Positions 58,892-64,000 of a stretch of DNA of 64,000 nt are shown here, piece after piece (position 1 is the first letter of the stretch; each line of letters starts with the position of its first letter). The DNA comes from Salinispira sp. (GTDB lineage: Bacteria > Spirochaetota > Spirochaetia > DSM-27196 > Salinispiraceae): positions 1,952,001-2,016,000 of the forward strand of contig OZ271918.1 in NCBI GenBank assembly GCA_965602015.1, given 5' to 3'. The position numbers were made by a program, and so were the translations under genes. The notes under the pieces are model-generated. The model was not told the origin of the DNA. It did no database searches and saw only the letters and a list, made by a program, of their open reading frames with translations.

Positions 58892-59758
58892 ATGGACAAG
58901 GTGCTCATCTCCCGTTACCAGGAAATGTATGCCGGTAACAGCTTGAAAATTGATGCTTTTTATATCTCCAAGATGGGCCTCATGCAAAAGCATACGTTTT
59001 TAAAGGTAAAAGACTTTTTCCTGTACGCCATTCCGACCCGGCTCGGCTTTGACAGCGGACAGATACTTATCGCCATGAGCGAACGGGAGCGGGACCTTCT
59101 CGATAGTTTAAAAGACAAGCCGCAGCAATTGCGCATGAGATTTAATAGCCCCCTTTTTGGCAAAGAAATGGGCTTTTTTATTAAGGCCCAGCTTAGCGCT
59201 ATCAACAGCGACGTGGGTAAGGGCAATTATGTTCTTGTGGACTTGAAGTTTCTCACTACGCCGGACGATTTCAAGGAGATTGTCATCGAGCTGTTTCTTA
59301 TGCATGACCGGTTGAGCAAGGAATACGGGGAGAGGATGGATGATCCTACCGCTATTCCCAACACCTTTTTCAAGCAGCTCGGCCTTTCCACCTCGACGCA
59401 CATTTCCGTACCGGGCAAGGGGAGGCATCGTTGCCTGTTCAAAAGCCTTTCAATCGGCAGGGCCGAAATATACATCTCCGAAAAGCTTCAGCCCCAACTG
59501 CCGCCGGCGGGAGAGATTTTTAGTATCGAGTGCAATTGGAATGCATCGATTTTTTCAGTCACCGCGGAACTCGAGAGCGAAGTCGAGAACACCCACCAGG
59601 ACGGGGTTAAACTTATCACACCGAAACTGAAGTTTTCGGCAGCATTGACTGATATTCTCATTCCCATGACTGATCTCCTAAAACAGAGACGGCAAGAGCA
59701 CAAATCCGCCTCAGACAACACTGATGATCCCTCCGACAAGGCCGAGACCACGGCTTGA
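58892..59758 (+). CDS. Spirochaetal PilZN3/PlzA-like protein
   Basis: N-terminal half resembles the PlzA PilZN3 domain (RYQEMY..MGL..FLKV..LKFLTTPDDF); the C-terminal PilZ-like barrel lacks RxxxR. Confidence 0.55.
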   Translation: MDKVLISRYQEMYAGNSLKIDAFYISKMGLMQKHTFLKVKDFFLYAIPTRLGFDSGQILIAMSERERDLLDSLKDKPQQLRMRFNSPLFGKEMGFFIKAQLSAINSDVGKGNYVLVDLKFLTTPDDFKEIVIELFLMHDRLSKEYGERMDDPTAIPNTFFKQLGLSTSTHISVPGKGRHRCLFKSLSIGRAEIYISEKLQPQLPPAGEIFSIECNWNASIFSVTAELESEVENTHQDGVKLITPKLKFSAALTDILIPMTDLLKQRRQEHKSASDNTDDPSDKAETTA

Positions 59759-59812
59759 TCAAAAAACCCGTTCCTGATACTGAGGTGAGACTACAAATAA
59801 GGAAGGTTAGAC

Positions 59813-60511
59813 ATGAGTATTCACATTAAGGCGGAAAAAGGGGACATCGCGCCCACGGTTCTGTTTCCCGGAGATCCCCTTCGGGCCAAGCATATTGCCC
59901 AGACCATGTTCGAGAATCCCCGCTGCGTCAACGAGCTGCGCGGCATGCTCTGCTACACCGGCACCTACAAAGGCAAAGCTGTTTCAGCCATGGGCTCCGG
60001 GATGGGTCAACCCTCGCTATCCATTTATGCGAATGAGTTGTACCGGGATTATGGCGTTCAGCAAATAATCAGGATCGGCAGCGCAGGCTCTCTTCAAAGC
60101 TCGGTTAAGGTTGGAGACATTGTGCTTGCTCAGGGAGCATGTACAAACGCCTCCATGAACCGCCGTCGCTTCTCGGGAAATGATTTCGCCCCTATTTCGG
60201 ATTTTGACCTGCTCCGCCGCGCCTGGGAAGCGGCCGCAGCAATGAAGCTGCCGATGCATGTGGGAAACGTCCTGTCCACCGACAGCTTCTACGATCCCCA
60301 ACCCGATATGTGGAAAAAGTGGGCGGAATACGGCGTGCTCGCCGTTGAAATGGAAAGCGCAGAACTCCTGACTCTCGGCTCGTTGTACCAGCGAAAAGCT
60401 CTTGGAATCCTCACGATAAGCGACAGCCTGGTCGACTCCTCTCACGATATTTTGAACGACCGTGAAAAGGGAATGACCGATATGGTTACCCTGGCTCTGT
60501 CCCTGCTATAG
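59813..60511 (+). CDS. deoD: Purine-nucleoside phosphorylase
   Basis: PGDPLRAK, GMGQPS, IRIGSAG, VEMES, TISD. Confidence 0.96.
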   Translation: MSIHIKAEKGDIAPTVLFPGDPLRAKHIAQTMFENPRCVNELRGMLCYTGTYKGKAVSAMGSGMGQPSLSIYANELYRDYGVQQIIRIGSAGSLQSSVKVGDIVLAQGACTNASMNRRRFSGNDFAPISDFDLLRRAWEAAAAMKLPMHVGNVLSTDSFYDPQPDMWKKWAEYGVLAVEMESAELLTLGSLYQRKALGILTISDSLVDSSHDILNDREKGMTDMVTLALSLL

Positions 60512-60560
60512 GAGTACACATTCCGATGGTTTTTTCACCTGCGGCCATAATGATTAAATA

Positions 60561-61874
60561 ATGCTCTACGGACTGGAACGCGGACAAGGGCTCAGGCGCA
60601 GCTTTATTATTTTACCAGCCGTCAGCCTGATAAGCCTGGTAATCCTCAGCCTTGCCCTGGCACAGTTATTTCGGAGCACTGCTATCGGGTCTTTAGAGGA
60701 GCGCTTGTTCGAGAGCAACACCATGTATCAGCAGGCCCTTATTCGCGAGAGCATTCGCCACCCAAACCTGGATGCATGGAACATCGATGACTACATCAAT
60801 GGCCTTGCAGCAGGTTCGGTAATGCGGATCACGGTGATCGACGAGTCCGGCAGAGTGCTCGCCGACAGCGAGGGGAATCCCGGTGAAATGGATAACCATA
60901 TTGACCGGCCGGAGGTAAGGCAGGCGCTGATGGGCAGACCGACCTTTATCAGCCGCTTTAGCGACACCCTGGGCTACGATCTACTGTATCACGCCAGGCA
61001 ATTCAAATTGAGGGAAAGTCCGGAAACCCGGCTCATACTAAGAACAGCATTTCCAAAGATCGAATTGGAAAATACCCTCCTCTCAAGTTACCGCTTGATT
61101 GTGGCACTAAGCCTGCTGCTAATACTCCTGTCGGGGATAGTCATCTACTTCCAGATACGGGCAATTCAAAAACCCATCGCCAGAATACTGAAGGCGGCGG
61201 AGCATATCGAGGCAAACGAATGGGACCTTGATCTATACATTCTCAGGCCCTATGAGTTTGCCCGAATCGCCCATGCAATGAAGAAAATGGCAAAAAAGCT
61301 CCGGAGCCAAATCGACAGCCTTGAATCCCAGAGAAATGATTTACAGCAGATTCTCAATATCCAAAAAGATCCGGTTTTTGTGCTGGATAGTCAGCAAAAC
61401 ATCGTGAATTGCAATGCGCCGTCGCTGCGATTCCTCAAGGCCGAAGGAGTTGGACCGGGCGCCTATCAGGCCGACAGCGCCTACCAGGCCGACAGCGCCT
61501 ACCAGGCCGACAGCGCCTACCAGCCGGTATCTCCCCCCAGGCAAAACGCCACAGACCGCCGGGAAATTTCCGCTGTCCCGCAGTCCGCCGCCAAGGAAAA
61601 GTACAAGAACACCGCAAGTTCACCCCAATCCGAGGCTTCACAATACATCGGCAAAAATCTCATCACCTACATCCGCAGCACCGAACTCAACGAAATCTTC
61701 GAGCGGGCAGCTGGGCTCGGCTCCTATCAGCGGGGAACGTTCAGGATTTTTTCCCCTACTCCGGCCCGATATGAATGCTATGTCACGCCTTTTTCAGGCT
61801 CGGGATTCGAGGGGAGCAAAGAGGATAGAGACTTGTATTTGCTTGTTATATATCAGGTTCCGGTTAGCGTTTAG
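60561..61874 (+). CDS. PhoR-like membrane sensor (Cache-like, HAMP, PAS) lacking a kinase domain
   Basis: RITVIDESGRVLADS..MDNHIDRPEV..RFSDTL typical of PhoR N-termini; HAMP and PAS; no H-box or G-boxes. Confidence 0.75.
   Translation: MLYGLERGQGLRRSFIILPAVSLISLVILSLALAQLFRSTAIGSLEERLFESNTMYQQALIRESIRHPNLDAWNIDDYINGLAAGSVMRITVIDESGRVLADSEGNPGEMDNHIDRPEVRQALMGRPTFISRFSDTLGYDLLYHARQFKLRESPETRLILRTAFPKIELENTLLSSYRLIVALSLLLILLSGIVIYFQIRAIQKPIARILKAAEHIEANEWDLDLYILRPYEFARIAHAMKKMAKKLRSQIDSLESQRNDLQQILNIQKDPVFVLDSQQNIVNCNAPSLRFLKAEGVGPGAYQADSAYQADSAYQADSAYQPVSPPRQNATDRREISAVPQSAAKEKYKNTASSPQSEASQYIGKNLITYIRSTELNEIFERAAGLGSYQRGTFRIFSPTPARYECYVTPFSGSGFEGSKEDRDLYLLVIYQVPVSV
61459..61523. repeat. 18-bp tandem repeat (~3.6 copies)
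   Basis: gcgccta(t/c)caggccgaca x3 plus a partial copy; encodes AYQADS. Confidence 0.95.
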
Positions 61875-62338
61875 CTATCGGCGATTTCTTCATTTTCCAG
61901 TTCGATGATTCTGTTCAACTCGTCGAGCTGGGCTTGAAATTGCTCATCACGAATGATCAGCCCGCCCAGAAACTCGTCAATTTCACCCGTGCGAACATCG
62001 GGGCCGTCGGCTTCTATTTTTAATCTGCGCAGGTAATTTCGCCACCAGGTGGTGAGGTCCTGAATTCCCGCAAGGGGAACTTCATTTGCCTCAATGCCAT
62101 TAAAAATCAGGGAGTCAACCAGCGGTTCAACAAAGAGCAGAAGGTCATCATATGCGGTCAGAACAAGGCTGAAGTCGTCCTCATTTCTCAGCACACTCGG
62201 CAACTGCGGGCTATCCGGAACCTGGGGGATGGGGATATCAAATTCCTGAGGCGGTTCTTCGGTACCTCCCCCGGCAAACAACGGAGCAGATATAAACACA
62301 GCAAGAAATAATGCAGTACATAGTAGAGATTTGCTCAT
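61871..62338 (-). CDS. Secreted hypothetical protein
   Basis: Signal peptide ending LFAGGGTE (spirochaete-type), GGAGG RBS. Confidence 0.75.
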   Translation of the reverse strand: MSKSLLCTALFLAVFISAPLFAGGGTEEPPQEFDIPIPQVPDSPQLPSVLRNEDDFSLVLTAYDDLLLFVEPLVDSLIFNGIEANEVPLAGIQDLTTWWRNYLRRLKIEADGPDVRTGEIDEFLGGLIIRDEQFQAQLDELNRIIELENEEIADS

Positions 62339-62516
62339 TGGACCTCCCCTGATCCGGTACTGAACACAGTATATCCCGCCCCCTATGACAAGTCAAAAGC
62401 CTGGCATACGTTTCGCAAGGCTACTCACCCCGTTGACAAATCTCCTGAGGGCGGGAAAAACGTAATCCGCATAAATTACCCTGTCCAAGCACGAAAAAAC
62501 GCGATATATTTTGGCA

Positions 62517-63221
62517 ATGAATATGACATACGAAGAAATAATGATGACCTTTCCTGCGGCCAGTGACTATCTGTCCGCTGTGTATTTGATAGATCGGGAT
62601 CACGGTACTGTGGCCAACTCCAAACTTGCCGCCTGGCTTCATGTCAGCCGTCCGGCGGTCAGCCAAGCGGTAACCAGGCTCAAAAAGCTCGGGTTGATCA
62701 CCCAGGAACGCTATTCGGAAATTGTCCTGACTGACAGGGGCCGGGAGTTCGCCAGAAAAATGCTTCGCCGGCATTATCTTTTGGAACATTTTCTTATGAA
62801 TAATCTCAATATGTCCTGGCATGAAATAGATGAGGAAGCGAAGCGTCTTCAAAACAGCATTTCGGACAACTTCGAAGAGAAAATGTATCAGGTTCTTGGC
62901 AAACCCCTCACCTGCCCTCACGGGAATCCGATTCCCGGCGTAGATGGAGAGGAGGAAATTCTCGCAGCCCCTCCGCTAAGCAGCGCTGACGAGGGCAGCA
63001 GAGTCCGTTTTATAAGGATAACCGAGGAAGGGGAAGAGTACGAGGGCTTGCTGGATTACGTGTATGAGCACGACGTAAACCTGGAATATGAGTTTGATAT
63101 TCTCGGAAAAAATGACGAGGGAATTTCCGTACGGGTCTACTCGCCGGACGGCAATACCGCCCACGAACAGCTTTTGATCCCCGCACAATATACCGGGTAT
63201 TTAACCTGGGTCCCCGCATAG
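62517..63221 (+). CDS. DtxR/MntR-family metal-dependent regulator
   Basis: DYLSAVY, LHVSRPAVSQ, RRHYLLEHFL, CPHGNPIP, FeoA-like C-terminus. Confidence 0.92.
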   Translation: MNMTYEEIMMTFPAASDYLSAVYLIDRDHGTVANSKLAAWLHVSRPAVSQAVTRLKKLGLITQERYSEIVLTDRGREFARKMLRRHYLLEHFLMNNLNMSWHEIDEEAKRLQNSISDNFEEKMYQVLGKPLTCPHGNPIPGVDGEEEILAAPPLSSADEGSRVRFIRITEEGEEYEGLLDYVYEHDVNLEYEFDILGKNDEGISVRVYSPDGNTAHEQLLIPAQYTGYLTWVPA

Positions 63222-63249
63222 ACCGGCAATAGGAATAGCGGCCGGGGAC

Positions 63250-64000
63250 CTATCTTCCCCGGCTCACTCCATTTACCACGTTGACCGGTGCACCATCCTT
63301 CCACGCACGGACATTTTCGATGGCAATTTTAACCGCGCGGCTGCGGGCTTCAATGCTGGCCCAGGCAATGTGCGGAGTGAATATCGTCTTGGGATGGTGA
63401 ATAAGCGGCGATCCTGACTTCGGAGGTTCTTCGCGGTACACGTCCGCCGCGTACCAGGACAGGTTGCCGTCATCAAGGGCATCGAGGACCGCATCGTCAT
63501 TGACCAGGGCTCCCCGTGCGGTGTTGATCAGCACCGAACCTTTTTTGCATCTGGATAGAAGGCGCTCGTCAAAGAGATTGCCCGTCGCCTCGGTGAGGGG
63601 GATATTCAGACTGATAAAATCGGATTCGGCAACCATATCTTCCAGCGGAATTACTTCCACAGCCCCCCGGTCAACATCGGCCTTTGCCTGGCGAGGAGGT
63701 GATCCGTCTCCCTTGGCTGAAGTAAGTACCCGCATTCCAAAAACCCGGGCGATATCTGCGATTCTCCGGCCAATGTCGCCATAGCCCACTACGCCGAGGG
63801 TTTTTCCCGTGAGCTCGATGGGAATAGTCCTCAGGTAACTGAAGTCCCGGGATGTCTCCCAATCGCCATTTTTTACCGATCGGTTATAATCATCAACATC
63901 ATTGCACACCTTCAGAATAAAGGCGAACACCGATTGGGCCACCGAATCCCGTGAATAGCCGGGGATGTTTGTTACCGGCAGCTCGAGCTGCTTTGCATAT
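63250..64000 (-). CDS. D-2-hydroxyacid dehydrogenase (glycerate dehydrogenase-like), 5' end outside the window
   Basis: NIPGYS, ELTGKTLGVVGYGDIG, LINTARG, DVYREEP, TPHIAW. Confidence 0.92.
   Translation of the reverse strand, partial: YAKQLELPVTNIPGYSRDSVAQSVFAFILKVCNDVDDYNRSVKNGDWETSRDFSYLRTIPIELTGKTLGVVGYGDIGRRIADIARVFGMRVLTSAKGDGSPPRQAKADVDRGAVEVIPLEDMVAESDFISLNIPLTEATGNLFDERLLSRCKKGSVLINTARGALVNDDAVLDALDDGNLSWYAADVYREEPPKSGSPLIHHPKTIFTPHIAWASIEARSRAVKIAIENVRAWKDGAPVNVVNGVSRGR

Noticed and set aside
62401..62417. Sigma-54-like CTGGCATACGTTTCGCA upstream of the DtxR/MntR gene
   Set aside because: GG-N10-GC spacing is right, but no enhancer site was recognised and a -10-like hexamer lies directly before the ATG; not supported enough to list as a feature.

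Overview
Bacterial chromosomal window of about 55% GC, most likely from a free-living spirochaete (Spirochaetales). The evidence is a PlzA/PilZN3-like protein, the rpsB-tsf-frr order without pyrH and spirochaete-type secreted proteins. It is mostly core genome: ptsI-der envelope operon, rny-ymdB-tlyA, tRNA-Arg(CCG), maf, rpsB-tsf-frr-uppS-cdsA-rseP, rpsF-ssb-rpsR-rplI-dnaB, a NifA-like activator with amtB-glnK, two hybrid histidine kinases, class II RNR with NrdR boxes, msrA, deoD and a DtxR/MntR regulator. No mobile element, prophage or CRISPR array was seen. The most unusual items are: (1) a MerR-type HTH fused to a catalytically degenerate UDP-sugar pyrophosphorylase (UAP-like) domain, in an operon with an NlpC/P60-like secreted protein, a 1000-aa TPR protein and an outer-membrane beta-barrel that is missing from the ORF track; (2) an orphan CARF/RtcR-type sigma-54 activator coupled to a membrane protein with a degenerate LuxR-like tail; (3) a non-canonical TAC(A/G)-N4-TGTA motif shared by the promoters of the nifA-like gene and amtB; (4) a candidate sigma-54-driven 63-aa membrane protein; (5) a Gx-transporter/EcfT-like fusion, a kinase-less PhoR-like sensor and several in-frame tandem repeats. 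All family assignments come from motif recognition by eye, not from database searches.
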